DNA from: a bacterium
GTDB taxonomy: Bacteria; SM23-31
Length of the DNA stretch: 64,000 nucleotides
Assembly (NCBI GenBank): GCA_965249485.1
Contig: OZ252239.1
Coordinates: forward strand, 2,688,001 to 2,752,000
Direction of reading: 5' to 3'
Shown here: positions 9,370 to 20,733 of the stretch, piece after piece
Layout: each line of letters starts with the position of its first letter
How positions within the stretch are numbered: position 1 is the first letter of the stretch
Translations under genes and position numbers: made by a program
Notes under the pieces: generated by a model
What the model was told of the DNA's origin: nothing
What the model saw: the letters and a program-made list of their open reading frames with translations, nothing else
Databases searched by the model: none

Positions 9370-9954
9370 TTAATTCGTTTCGATATCGGGTTCTTGTTCA
9401 TCACCCTCTTGAGACTTTAAATTCTGAATTTTATCACGGATTTTTGCAGCATTTTCATAGTCTTCATCATCGATAGCTTTTTGAAGCTGTTCACTCAGCA
9501 GAGATATCTCAGACATTTCAAACTGTGTCTCATCGTCTATCTTAACTGCAGCTTTATCAATAACCTGTGAAGCAACAAATATGGGAGCTTTCATACGGAG
9601 AGCAATAGCAACAGCATCGGACGGCCGGGAATCTATACTGATTGTATCCCCATTGTTTTTAAGAGCAATCTTTGCATAAAAAGTATTTTCTTTAAGATCA
9701 TTTATGAGAATCCGTGTAATTTCAAGCTCTGCAGAATTAAGAACCGTTTTAAATAGGTCGTGGGTAAGAGGACGCTGCATTTCAACACCCTGCATATTCC
9801 ATGCTATCGATTGTGCCTCCCACTGGCCAATCACTATCGGCAATAATCGTTTTCCTTCATCATCAATGAGCAGCATGAGAAACTGGTTAGTCGTCGGATC
9901 GGCCGTTACACCATGGACACGAACAGAAATTATATTTTTGTCTTTTTGAGCCAT
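9370..9954 (-). CDS. Bifunctional nuclease family (DUF151) protein with C-terminal UVR motif
   Basis: LPIVIGQWEA, RPLTHDL, IDSRPSDAVAIALR; UVR motif AIDDEDYENAAKIRDKI. Confidence 0.9.
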   Translation of the reverse strand: MAQKDKNIISVRVHGVTADPTTNQFLMLLIDDEGKRLLPIVIGQWEAQSIAWNMQGVEMQRPLTHDLFKTVLNSAELEITRILINDLKENTFYAKIALKNNGDTISIDSRPSDAVAIALRMKAPIFVASQVIDKAAVKIDDETQFEMSEISLLSEQLQKAIDDEDYENAAKIRDKIQNLKSQEGDEQEPDIETN

Positions 9955-10138
9955 GAATTATACAGTAGATATTTACGACAATACGCTAACTACCCTTGTT
10001 TTCAATTTCAATATAGCTATTAGCACATATGAAAGCAATATTAAATTTGAAAATAAAAAAGGTCGGATTCCCTCTGATATCTGAACAAAATTATCGCTTC
10101 AACGGAGCGATTTTCAGATGAAAAAACCAAAAATAAAT

Positions 10139-10498
10139 TCACATTTTTCTTAGCTCTTGTACCGCTTCGTCCTCGGATTCGAACACAATAAAAGCTCTAT
10201 CAAGATTAGCTATTCTGAAAAGTGACACTACTCCATCGCGCAAACAGCAAATTGAAATGCTCCCATCTACTTCATTCAATTGCCGTTTACCGAACGTCAA
10301 TGCACCCAGACCAGAATTATCCATTGATTCAACTTCATTCATATTCAACAGCACGGTTTTTGCACCTTCAGCCATCAACTTTAGAAGTTCAGTTTTGAAT
10401 TTTGGAGCCAAATCAGTGTCAAGATTATTCTCATGTAGTGTAATTATACAAATGTTATCTATGGTTTTATGGGTGTACGCAATACTTTGGTCTGACAT
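10139..10498 (-). CDS. STAS domain anti-sigma-factor antagonist
   Basis: VLLNMNEVESMDNSGLGAL, similar to the DSSGLG phosphoacceptor motif. Confidence 0.85.
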   Translation of the reverse strand: MSDQSIAYTHKTIDNICIITLHENNLDTDLAPKFKTELLKLMAEGAKTVLLNMNEVESMDNSGLGALTFGKRQLNEVDGSISICCLRDGVVSLFRIANLDRAFIVFESEDEAVQELRKM

Positions 10499-10546
10499 TA
10501 TATGATCCCTGAATATTATAACGAAAATTGAGAACCAATCTATGAT

Positions 10547-13500
10547 TTAAATTGGATTTGCAATCTCTGTTTGCTCGTCATACACATCGGTTTTAACTTC
10601 TTCATGACTGATACGCACTGAAATCAATTTCGAAATACCAGTTTCTTCCATAGTGACACCGTACAAGTTGTTCGCTGCTTCCATGGACTTTTTATTGTGG
10701 GTGACGACAATAAATTGCGTATCTTTTGAAAATTCTTTAAGCATAGTAGTGAACCGGGTAACATTCGCATCATCAAGTGGTGCATCAACTTCATCAAGTA
10801 TACAAAATGGGCTTGGTTTCACTTTATATATTGCAAGTAGTATAGCAAGTGCAGTTAACGACTTTTCACCGCCAGAAAGCAGTGCGATTGATTGAATTTT
10901 CTTACCTGAGGGCTGTGCAAATACATCAATTTTCGAGTTCAAAGGATCATCGGTTTCAACAATTTGCATGTCCGCCTCCCCATCACCAAAGAAGCTGGTA
11001 AATATTGATTTAAAATTAGTGCGAACAAGCTGAAATGTCTGCTCAAACCGCTCTTTAGCGGTATTGTTGATTTTCTCAATTGTTTTAAACAGAGTTCTTT
11101 CCGCTTCACCAAGGTCTTCAGATTGGCTGATTAAAAACTGCATTCGCTCTTTTTCTTTATCATATTCATCAAGCGCCTCCAAATTTACCGGTCCAAACAT
11201 TTCTACTCGCTGAATAAGGTTTTGTTTTTTCTGAATAATATCATCAAGGTCATGCTCTTCTGAACCGGCTTTAAGAGAGTCAATTTCGATCCCTCTCTCT
11301 TCCATTCTTTCATTCAAAAAACTTAATTCGTTGTGGATTTCCAGCAAATCTTCCTTTTTACTTTGTATGGTATCCTTCACACTTTCGATTTCATTTTGAA
11401 TGGTCATGAAACTGTCGAATTCGGATCTTGTTTCTTCCTGAAATGTATGCAATTCCTCTCTGTTTGCAAGCACATCATCTTCACATTGACGCTGATCATT
11501 AAAAAGATTTTCAAGTGTTTCTTTTAATTCATCAATTTTTTGATTTGTTGCAACAATAAGATTTCGTGACTCTTTAAGCGACTCTTCCCTCTTTATTTTA
11601 TCAGCATGTATATCGCCTAAAAGTAGATCAAGCCTTTCAGATTCCTTTGTACGACTCAGGAGAGACTCTTTTATACGAGCAGTTTGAGCGTAATAGTCCG
11701 AGAAATTGTTTTCGACATTTTCCCGTTTAGTCTCCAAAGCGTCTTCTTCATACTGAATTTTATTCCGCTCATCTTCTAAAGAAGCCCGTTCACTTTCTAA
11801 TCTCGATATTTCAGTGTCGATTTCATTAATTTGGGTAGTGTCTGTTTTAAAATGCTCAAGTTGTTTTGTTTCAGATATCAGTTTTTTCATCTCTTCTTCA
11901 AGCTGATTCTTTTCATAAATTACAATATCAAATCGACGATGCAGTGATTCCAGCTCTTTAGATTTGTTTTCAACCATCCTATCTTTTTCAAAAAGTTTAC
12001 TAACAATATTTTCGTTCTCTTCTTTGATCAATTGCAGCGCAGGCACTTTTTTCTCTAATTCTGATAGACTGTTTTGAATAATTCTATCAATTTCAGCCAT
12101 CCTATCTTTTCTACCAATAATGCTTGTATCCGAATCTTTTGATCTCCCCCCCGAATACATATATTCTGTCGAAACAATTTCACCTGAGTTGTTAACAAAC
12201 CGGCAGGGATATGTCTTCCTGTTTTTTGTGTCGAACATATCTCCTTCAACATATACAACATCACCAAGAAGAACATTTAATAGCGGTTTCAAAGATTTAT
12301 CAGATTTAATTTCATCGACAAGAGGGATACCCAATTCATCTTTTCGAATCTTATTCTTATGAATAGGTGCATCTAAGTTTGCATTAATTTTATCAAGAGC
12401 TACAAATGTAGCACGCCCGCTATTTAGTGATCGAAGGTAAGAAAGAGCGTTTTCTACATTTTTAACCGAGTCAACTACAACGTAGTGTGCTTGTTCTCCA
12501 AGAATCGCTTCGACTGCATTTCGATATTGATCGGGCACAGATATAAGGTCGGCTAATGTGCCTAATACCCCCGCAACTTCATCTTTAGCCTGTAAGATTT
12601 TAGAGACACCATTCGGAAGCCCTCCATATTCCTCAACCAGATTATCGAGAAATTGATATTTGGCTTTATTTGTTTCTAAGGAGACTTTTAATTCATTAAT
12701 CTGCAGATCATGATTCCTCATATCCTCGATATGTTTATCACTGGTGCTGCGTAGTCCTTCTCTATTCTTTTTGTCTTCTATAATTTCATTTTCAAGCTTA
12801 CTCTTCTGACTGGATATATCCAATTCGGTTTTTTGAAGCAATTTCAGTTTCCCAGTCGATTCCTTGTGTGATTCATGCAATGACTCAAGCCTTTTTTCAC
12901 ATTCTCTAGACTCATGCATCAGAGTATCTTTAACACGTTTTTTCTCTTCAAGATTTTTTAAAACATCAAAGGCTTTTTGATTCTTTTCAAGGAATACACT
13001 TTTTTTCTTTTTATACTCCTCCAGAAAGACATTTCTCTTATCTCGAAATTCATTCAGTTTCTTTCCCGCACCTTCCAACTCACTTTCTATAGAAGCGTAT
13101 TGTTTTCGAGAATCTTTTATCCTGCTTATTGCCTCTTCAGCATTATCATTGAGACTAGCAATTTCCATTTCCAACCGTTTTTGTGTTTCACCTAGCGCTG
13201 TTGAGCGTTCGCTTAATGTTGCAATGGAACTGTCCTTGGTACGGACATGTTCGGAAAATTTATTTAGATTATCCTGTGCTTGCGCTAACAATTCCTGTTT
13301 CTCAATAATCTCATTTTGCGCTTTTTCAAAAGCAGCTTTGTCTTTGGCAACTTTACCAGAAAGATTCGAATGGGTGTTTTTTAGGGCAACCATCTCACTT
13401 TTAATCGGTTTTTCTCGCCTATGCAAATCATCCAATTTGTAGAAATAGAACAACCTTTCAATTGACATCAACTCATTTTTAAGCATTTCGTACCGTTTAG

Positions 13501-14134
13501 CGCGATTCACCTGCGACCTAAGAGCATTAACGTTCCGTTCAACCTCATTAATAATATCTTTAACCCGAATTAAATCCTGTCGTGTAGCGTCAAGTTTTCT
13601 CAACGTCTCTTGCCGCCGAGACTTGTATTTTGTGATTCCGGCGGCCTCTTCAAATAGTCTCTTTCGAAAGTCATCACTATCTTTCAAAAACATTTCAATC
13701 ATGCTTAATTCGATAACGGAATACGCATCTGCCCCCATTCCACTATCCATCAGGAGATTTGAAATATCTTTCAGACGGCAAACCTGCTTATTTAATAGAT
13801 ATTCACTATCTCCTGAACGGTAAAGACGCCTCGAGATCATGATTTGTGAGTAGTCAATGGGAAGAATATTTTTTGTGTTTTCAATAACCAGAGAAACTTC
13901 GGCAAATCCGAGCCTGCGCCTATTTGCGGTACCGCCAAAAATAACGCTTTCCATTCTTTCGCTCCTGAGAACAGAGGATTTCTGCTCTCCAAGCACCCAC
14001 CTGATTGCATCTACAATGTTTGTTTTACCACATCCGTTTGGTCCAACAATTGCCGTAATGCCATCATCAAATTTTATGCTTGTTTTATGTGCAAAAGATT
14101 TAAATCCAACAAGATCAACTTGAGATAAGTACAT
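10547..14134 (-). CDS. smc: Chromosome segregation protein SMC
   Basis: GPNGCGKTN Walker A, long coiled coils with hinge, LSGGEKS signature, ILDEVDAPLD Walker B. Confidence 0.97.
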   Translation of the reverse strand: MYLSQVDLVGFKSFAHKTSIKFDDGITAIVGPNGCGKTNIVDAIRWVLGEQKSSVLRSERMESVIFGGTANRRRLGFAEVSLVIENTKNILPIDYSQIMISRRLYRSGDSEYLLNKQVCRLKDISNLLMDSGMGADAYSVIELSMIEMFLKDSDDFRKRLFEEAAGITKYKSRRQETLRKLDATRQDLIRVKDIINEVERNVNALRSQVNRAKRYEMLKNELMSIERLFYFYKLDDLHRREKPIKSEMVALKNTHSNLSGKVAKDKAAFEKAQNEIIEKQELLAQAQDNLNKFSEHVRTKDSSIATLSERSTALGETQKRLEMEIASLNDNAEEAISRIKDSRKQYASIESELEGAGKKLNEFRDKRNVFLEEYKKKKSVFLEKNQKAFDVLKNLEEKKRVKDTLMHESRECEKRLESLHESHKESTGKLKLLQKTELDISSQKSKLENEIIEDKKNREGLRSTSDKHIEDMRNHDLQINELKVSLETNKAKYQFLDNLVEEYGGLPNGVSKILQAKDEVAGVLGTLADLISVPDQYRNAVEAILGEQAHYVVVDSVKNVENALSYLRSLNSGRATFVALDKINANLDAPIHKNKIRKDELGIPLVDEIKSDKSLKPLLNVLLGDVVYVEGDMFDTKNRKTYPCRFVNNSGEIVSTEYMYSGGRSKDSDTSIIGRKDRMAEIDRIIQNSLSELEKKVPALQLIKEENENIVSKLFEKDRMVENKSKELESLHRRFDIVIYEKNQLEEEMKKLISETKQLEHFKTDTTQINEIDTEISRLESERASLEDERNKIQYEEDALETKRENVENNFSDYYAQTARIKESLLSRTKESERLDLLLGDIHADKIKREESLKESRNLIVATNQKIDELKETLENLFNDQRQCEDDVLANREELHTFQEETRSEFDSFMTIQNEIESVKDTIQSKKEDLLEIHNELSFLNERMEERGIEIDSLKAGSEEHDLDDIIQKKQNLIQRVEMFGPVNLEALDEYDKEKERMQFLISQSEDLGEAERTLFKTIEKINNTAKERFEQTFQLVRTNFKSIFTSFFGDGEADMQIVETDDPLNSKIDVFAQPSGKKIQSIALLSGGEKSLTALAILLAIYKVKPSPFCILDEVDAPLDDANVTRFTTMLKEFSKDTQFIVVTHNKKSMEAANNLYGVTMEETGISKLISVRISHEEVKTDVYDEQTEIANPI

Positions 14135-14142
14135 ACTATTCT

Positions 14143-16786
14143 TTACTTTAATTGTGAATAAGCAGATTTATAATATTGCGGCACAAAAGAGAACGATTTA
14201 TTATTCATTTGGAAATAAAACACTATCCCGCTAACAACCATCAATAGTATTACCATAAGATTTACTATGGCACGAATAAATTCCGAATGAAATGTTACAT
14301 GCATCGCTAAAATGAGTCGGAAGATGAACCAGATTATGAATACAGCAACCACACAACCGTAAACAATAGTGGTTGACGGATTTTGCAAAGCTGAATATAG
14401 TGCCATTGAAAAAGGCAATAGAAATATGAGATTGTTTGCAGACCACACAAGCAAATTAAATGAAGAACTTCTTCCTCTTCGCATACCAGTAATTTTAATC
14501 GATATATTATGGAAAACAGCTACAATCCAAATCAGTATTAAAAATAGAATTATAAGAAAACATGTGTTTAAGATTGGATTCCAGATTAAAAATACTATCA
14601 GATTTTTGGACCATAGAGAATCAATAAATTGAGACAGGAGAACATCAAAATACACGCTGTCTTTGTGAAAATAAGCTACACTTGCAACACCCAATGTAAA
14701 ACTTGATGCAATTCCAAACCCCAAGACTATCGTCTGCCATGAATGCACATTACGTCCTCCCAACATATCCTCAAAAAATATTTTCGGGAAAATGAGCGAT
14801 CTTCGAAAATTTTGACCAAACCACTTGTTTTGTTTCAAGGCAATCAGCAGAATAATGATAATTGCAAAACCGGCATATATTAATCTACCTTGAATCTGAG
14901 TTTCATTTTCCTCAAATGTAAGAGGCAGAACCTGTCCATTTGAAAGTGCAGCACTTAAGTGTTGAAATGCAAGCCTTGGTTCTCGTTTCTCTGTTGTCAA
15001 CCCCAAGTAATTGATTCTGTTCTCAGAATGACTGCCTGCGGCTAATACAGGATTATTCACTTTCCAATCAGCAAAACCCCACCAAAATAGACCGCCTATT
15101 TGTTCATTTATGTTATTATTGAGAAATAATTCAGTAATGTATTTAGCTTGATTTTTCACAGAAGTCTGATCTATGACTGCTCCTTCTGAAAGATTGGGTT
15201 TCACATGCGTACCGATTCTGCCAATTATGAAAGGCTTTTTCAAAACCGATGTGTTTTGTGATTTTATGATGCGAGCAAGATCCTCAATATCAGGATTAAA
15301 TAAATCCAACAACGTTACATCAACCAAGGAGTTACATAGATCATCTTTGAGGATTTCAGCTGAATAATATATTGGTCGTGAATCTAACGATCGTGCTTCT
15401 TCAGATAATGCAGAAATATAATGTTTTGTATTTTCTTCTGTCACGTCGAGATTTGATCCCAATCCCCAACCGATGATTGCCGGATGGTGGCGGTCACGCT
15501 CTATCATTTCCCGAACTACCACAATAGAATGGTCAATAAAATCTTGTGATCCAAGTATATCGGCTGCAACATAGTTGACAGGCATTTCTTCCAGCACAAG
15601 AAGACCTAATTGATCACATAATGAATAAAAATAGGGATGGTTAGGATAAGGGCCTGACCGAACTGCATTTATACCGAGGTTTTTTATAAGAACCAGATCT
15701 TCCCGTTGTTGTGACCATGGTAGTGATATCCCGTAATCAAGATGCTGTTCCATTCGGTATACACCATTTAGATGGACTTTTAACCCATTCAGATAAAAAC
15801 CATCTTTTTTAAATAAAGCATGCCTAAAACCGAATGTTCCTCGAAATCTGTCTATTACCGTATTACTTTGTTGTATAATTGTAACTGTCAGTTGATACAG
15901 CACAGGATTCTCAGGAGACCACAACTCAACATTTCGAAATGTTACATTCATTGTATCCTGATATGCCTGGTGAATCGAGAAATATTTGGGATTTGCAGCC
16001 GTGCTTTTTACCAAATTCCCAGTTATCAAATTGTGCACTTCTATATAGTAACCCACATCCTGAATGTCTTCTTGCAAAACACTTTCGCTCTGATTTTCAA
16101 GAGTTAGTGGTGAAGTCTGATTGTAGTTTTGAAACAAAGTAAGATATAACCGATGTAACGTTTTTAAACTCACTATCGAATTGATAATCAATTTTCCAAT
16201 TTGCGAGTGACACCTTCGGATTGAGTTGGAAAAATATTTCTCTGACAATCCCCGTATACCGTTTCCAACCCCATGGCCTTGAACGTGCAAGGTCAAGTAT
16301 GTCAACATCCTGCGAATTATCAATTGTAATTTCTATCGTGTTCTCATTCCCCGGACGCAATAACTCGTCTAATACATCCAAATAAAAACTCGTGTACCCT
16401 CCGGAATGTGAACCGACATAGGTTCCATTACTCCAAATTGAGCTGTTATAGTTAATACCCAGTATCACAAGGCGGGCATGATAGCGTGCTGCATCTTCTG
16501 GCAGAAAGAAGATTTTGCGGTAAGTGATTTTATCCGTATATTCTAAAGAACTTGGTACCTTCACCTTCTGCCAAGTTTTGTTAGTGCCGATTTGAATATC
16601 CCATTCACCATTTAAGTCGAGAACTTCCCTAAACTCCGCCGATGACATAACATTTACATTATCGGGAGCATTGTTATACTCGGAATTAATGAGCGCAGTA
16701 ATACCCGTTTGTGCCGCAACAAAAGACGATTGCACCTGCAGCAAAAGCAAAGTAAATGATAGTAATAGGATGGTACGTAAATTCAT
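14143..16786 (-). pseudogene. GH2 (beta-glucuronidase/galactosidase)-fold protein fused to a C-terminal multi-TM domain; frameshift near 16140 (probably a sequence error)
   Basis: ORF 16097..16786 has a signal peptide and GH2 sugar-binding domain (LNGEW, HSGGYTSF, YTGIVREI); the other frame continues with LWSPENPVLY, GFYLNG, CDQLGLLVLEE, RDRHHPAIIGW and ~6 TM helices. Confidence 0.8.
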
Positions 16787-16947
16787 GAATTAGAATTCTT
16801 TTATTGGTGTTATCGGTGAGAAATTTATTTTAATCTAAAATGTAACAATAAGGCTCAATAAATACAATGGAAAATTTAAACACTCTTTCAGTAACCATTC
16901 GCTTTCAACAATCTTTAAATTAGCTTAATATACATGATTTATTTTTC

Positions 16948-16976
16948 TTGACAATTGACCGCTTAATAGCTATTTT
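16948..16976 (+). promoter_or_regulatory. Putative sigma70 promoter of the metalloprotease gene
   Basis: TTGACA-N17-TATTTT. Confidence 0.5.
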
Positions 16977-17092
16977 TTCGCAGTTCAACAATAAAATTTC
17001 TTCATTATTTTTCTTCCATTAGTTACTATAATTCTATAAGAAAACAAGCCCATTATTTATATTAATAAATTGAGGTAGCGGGAGGATTAGCT

Positions 17093-19558
17093 ATGTTTAG
17101 GAATATGCTAAGTATTCTTTGCATTATGTTATTGTGTTCACAGGTAAACGCTCAATTTTCAACAATTGAGGAAAAAACTCAAGAATTAGATCGACATGAA
17201 GGATTTTTTACCTACTATTGGGATGAAAACAGCGGAAAGATATGGTTGGAAATAACTCGATTCGACGAAGAGTTCCTCATTGTCTTCTCACTACCTGCTG
17301 GTCTTGGCTCAAATGATGTTGGTCTTGACAGAGGACGTTTAGGAGGATCGAAAATTGTAAAATTTATACGGAGTGGACCAAAAGTCCTCCTTATTCAACC
17401 GAATTATGCCTTTCGCGCAACAACAAATAACGAATTTGAGCAAAAAGCCGTTGATGAAGCTTTTGCCACATCTGTCATCTGGGGATTTGAGATAGATGCG
17501 AAAGAAAGAGGTGCCGTCCTTGTTGATGCAACAAATTTCCTGCTTCGTGACGGATTCAATGCCGCCGGAACTTTACGAAATACAAATCAAGGTAATTTTA
17601 AACTCGATCCATCCCGTTCTGCATTGCTTAGACAAAATACAAAAAATTTCCCTCTCAATACAGAATTTGATGTTTTGCTGACATTTACGAGTGACAACCC
17701 TGGTAATTTTGTACGCAGTGTTGCACCGGATCCCACAGCTATTTCTCTTAGACAACACTATTCATTGGTACAGCTCCCAGATGATAATTATAATCCACGT
17801 GCTTTTGATCCCCGATCTGGTGTCGGCGGTATCAGCTTTATGGATTATGCAACTCCGATCAGCGAACCAATTGTCAAAAGATTTGCCAGAAGATATAGAC
17901 TTGAAAAGAAATATCCCAATGCAGTCATTAGCGAAGCAGTTGAACCAATTGTATATCATGTTGACAGAGGAGTGCCCGAGCCAATCCGATCGGCACTCAT
18001 TGTAGGGGCTCAATGGTGGAACGAGGCATTTGAAGCTATTGGCTATAAAGATGCATTCAGAGTCGATGTGATGCCCAAAGATGCTGATCCTATGGATATT
18101 CGGTATAACGTCATAAACTGGGTGCACCGGTCGACAAGAGGGTGGTCTTATGGCGGAGGTGTGACCGACCCGCGTACTGGCGAAATTCTCAAAGGGCATG
18201 TTTCCCTGGGATCGCTCAGAGTGCGGCAGGACTTCCTAATAGCTGAAGGGCTACTTGCACCCTACGAAGATGATTCTGACATTCCACTGGAAATGGAAGA
18301 AATGGCGCTTGCACGTTTACGGCAGCTCTCTGCACATGAAGTAGGTCACACTCTCGGTTTTCCTCATAATTACTATGCAAGCGTTAATGGAAGAGCGAGC
18401 GTCATGGACTATCCACACCCGCTTGTTACATTAGAAAATAATGGTTCTGTTGATTTATCTGACGCATATGACAATAGTATAGGTGCTTGGGATAAAGTAG
18501 CTGTTGCCTGGGCATATTCAGATTATACATCTGGTACAGATGAAAATAGGGCATTAAATAAAATAATTACAGATGCTCTCGACAAAGGAATTCTCTATAT
18601 AACCGACCAGGATGCTCGTCCACAGGGATCAGCCCATCCTTATGCTCACTTGTGGGATAATGGAACCAATGCAGTTGATGAGTTGGATCGAGTGTTGAAA
18701 GTCAGAAGAAGGGCGCTTGAAAATTTTTCCGAAAAAAACATCCGTTACGGGACGCCAATGGCAACTCTGGAAGAAGCTCTCGTACCGATTTTCCTGTTTC
18801 ATCGCTACCAGTTAGAAGCTGCAGCAAAAGTTCTTGGTGGCGCTAACTATTTTTATACACTTCGGGGTGACGGTCAGAAAACAATTAAGATTGTTCCGGC
18901 TGACGAGCAGCGGCGCGCGCTCAACATGTTACTGAGAACTCTTACTCCGACGGAGCTACTCATGGAAGAACGGATTATGAATCTCATACCGCCCAGACCT
19001 CCATCCTATGGGCAAACATCTGAGTTATTTGGAAGTTACACTGGCTCTACCTTCGATCCACTTTTTGCTGTGGAATCTGCTGCCAATATGACCATGACTT
19101 TTTTGCTGAATCGTGAACGTGCAGCACGATTAATCGAATACAATGCGCGCAACAATGATTATCCAGGATTAAGTGAAATCATTGATGCCATTGTTGATGA
19201 AACGTGGAAAGTTGGTAAGCGAGAAGGCTTGAATCAGGAAGCTCAGATAGTTGTCAACAATCTGGTACTCCATAAACTTATGGATCTTTCTGCTGATAAT
19301 GATGCTTCAACACAAGTTAGAGCAATAGCATCGTTAAAGATTGAAAACTTGCGTTTTTGGATTGAATCGCAAAGTGAAAGTATAGTAAGTGATTCACAAA
19401 AGGCTCACTATTTCTTTGCACTGCGCGAGATTGAATTATTCCAGAATAATCCTGCACAATTCAAATATTCGCAACCATTGAATGCTCCAGCAGGATCTCC
19501 GATCGGAATGCCAGATAATGCTCAGTGTGATTATGATTATTTCAACACAATATGGTAA
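17093..19558 (+). CDS. Secreted zinc-dependent metalloprotease (DUF5117/DUF5118/DUF4953, EcxA-like)
   Basis: Signal peptide, DPRTGEILKG, HEVGHTLGFPHN zinc motif, SVMDY Met-turn; GGAGG RBS. Confidence 0.9.
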   Translation: MFRNMLSILCIMLLCSQVNAQFSTIEEKTQELDRHEGFFTYYWDENSGKIWLEITRFDEEFLIVFSLPAGLGSNDVGLDRGRLGGSKIVKFIRSGPKVLLIQPNYAFRATTNNEFEQKAVDEAFATSVIWGFEIDAKERGAVLVDATNFLLRDGFNAAGTLRNTNQGNFKLDPSRSALLRQNTKNFPLNTEFDVLLTFTSDNPGNFVRSVAPDPTAISLRQHYSLVQLPDDNYNPRAFDPRSGVGGISFMDYATPISEPIVKRFARRYRLEKKYPNAVISEAVEPIVYHVDRGVPEPIRSALIVGAQWWNEAFEAIGYKDAFRVDVMPKDADPMDIRYNVINWVHRSTRGWSYGGGVTDPRTGEILKGHVSLGSLRVRQDFLIAEGLLAPYEDDSDIPLEMEEMALARLRQLSAHEVGHTLGFPHNYYASVNGRASVMDYPHPLVTLENNGSVDLSDAYDNSIGAWDKVAVAWAYSDYTSGTDENRALNKIITDALDKGILYITDQDARPQGSAHPYAHLWDNGTNAVDELDRVLKVRRRALENFSEKNIRYGTPMATLEEALVPIFLFHRYQLEAAAKVLGGANYFYTLRGDGQKTIKIVPADEQRRALNMLLRTLTPTELLMEERIMNLIPPRPPSYGQTSELFGSYTGSTFDPLFAVESAANMTMTFLLNRERAARLIEYNARNNDYPGLSEIIDAIVDETWKVGKREGLNQEAQIVVNNLVLHKLMDLSADNDASTQVRAIASLKIENLRFWIESQSESIVSDSQKAHYFFALREIELFQNNPAQFKYSQPLNAPAGSPIGMPDNAQCDYDYFNTIW

Positions 19559-19647
19559 TACATTCAATATGTTTTCTATAATTTTGGTAGATAACTGCTC
19601 AAATGCAATCATATTTTTGCAGTGCTTATGTGGCAAAAAACTTTTAT

Positions 19648-19878
19648 TTAAACGCTAAGGTCAATACGGTTTGATCGCGGAATTTGTACTGCACTACGTC
19701 CTAATTCCTGAGCAGAAGACTGTACTTCCGACCTGACTATAGCTTTGAATTCACTTTGAGAGTCAATGTTTGAAAATCGAACTCCTCTTCTGCCAGGCTC
19801 ACGATTTAACCTCGGATTGACATTGACCCTTGCCAATTCCCCTGTTCCCACAAAACGCAATGGTTCCGTTATAGCCAT
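19648..19878 (-). CDS. Hypothetical small protein (76 aa)
   Basis: AGAAAGGA RBS upstream of the ATG; fills an intergenic gap; ends in NRIDLSV. Confidence 0.6.
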   Translation of the reverse strand: MAITEPLRFVGTGELARVNVNPRLNREPGRRGVRFSNIDSQSEFKAIVRSEVQSSAQELGRSAVQIPRSNRIDLSV

Positions 19879-20025
19879 AACGATTCCTTTCTAAATACAA
19901 ATATGTTTACAGGATTATAATGCAAGGAGGGTAACAATAGCCAAATAATTGGTCAATTATATAAATTAGTTTTATAAAACGCAAGTACTTTTTATTTATA
20001 GCAAAAAATCAACTTATTTCATGAA

Positions 20026-20733
20026 TCAAATTTTTGTTTCGTTCGATTCAACACGAACGCGGTTGACTTCAATATGTGCAAGCCTCGTTGGTTCCGGAAT
20101 CCTGTAGCGTACGCAGCTTTGCAAAACAATTTCAACAGATTTGCTGATATTAATGAGATGTCCGGGTGATATAAACAATGGATTTGTGTTATCCTTACTT
20201 CTGAGTATAGCACCTATAATCTCGTTTTTGTCAATTAATTCAGTATAATTTCCCTTTCTGATTTCGGGAAGTTTACCTTCACCAATAAGCCTGCTCTTTG
20301 CACAGCCGATTGTCGGTAAATTTAGAAGTAAACCCAAATGACACGCGAGACCAAACCGTCTCGGATGTGCATAACCCTGACTATCACACATTATGACATC
20401 AGGGATTATACTGATTTTTTCAAAACATTTGATTAAAAGCGGTATTTCGCGGAAACTAAGCAGGCCTGGAATATAGGGAAATGTCGATACACCCGATGCG
20501 GTCTGTATTTCAACAGTCTCAAGCGTAGAATAATCGAGTATTACGACAGCCGCAAAAAAATAATCACTTCTCCTATTATATGAGATGTCGGCACCGGCAA
20601 TATAGTTTGGATGTGCTGGTGCAGACCGGATCAAGATTTTATCAGCAAGAGATTTTTGAATATTGACGGCTTCTTTCGGCGAGACATTCCAATCATGTAA
20701 CTGGTTAATCTTCAATAGTTTAATACCATTCAT
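20026..20733 (-). CDS. nfi: Endonuclease V
   Basis: AGADISY, FPYIPGLLSFRE, DSQGYAHPRRFGLACHLG, PTIGCAKS, YRIPEPTRLAH. Confidence 0.95.
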   Translation of the reverse strand: MNGIKLLKINQLHDWNVSPKEAVNIQKSLADKILIRSAPAHPNYIAGADISYNRRSDYFFAAVVILDYSTLETVEIQTASGVSTFPYIPGLLSFREIPLLIKCFEKISIIPDVIMCDSQGYAHPRRFGLACHLGLLLNLPTIGCAKSRLIGEGKLPEIRKGNYTELIDKNEIIGAILRSKDNTNPLFISPGHLINISKSVEIVLQSCVRYRIPEPTRLAHIEVNRVRVESNETKI

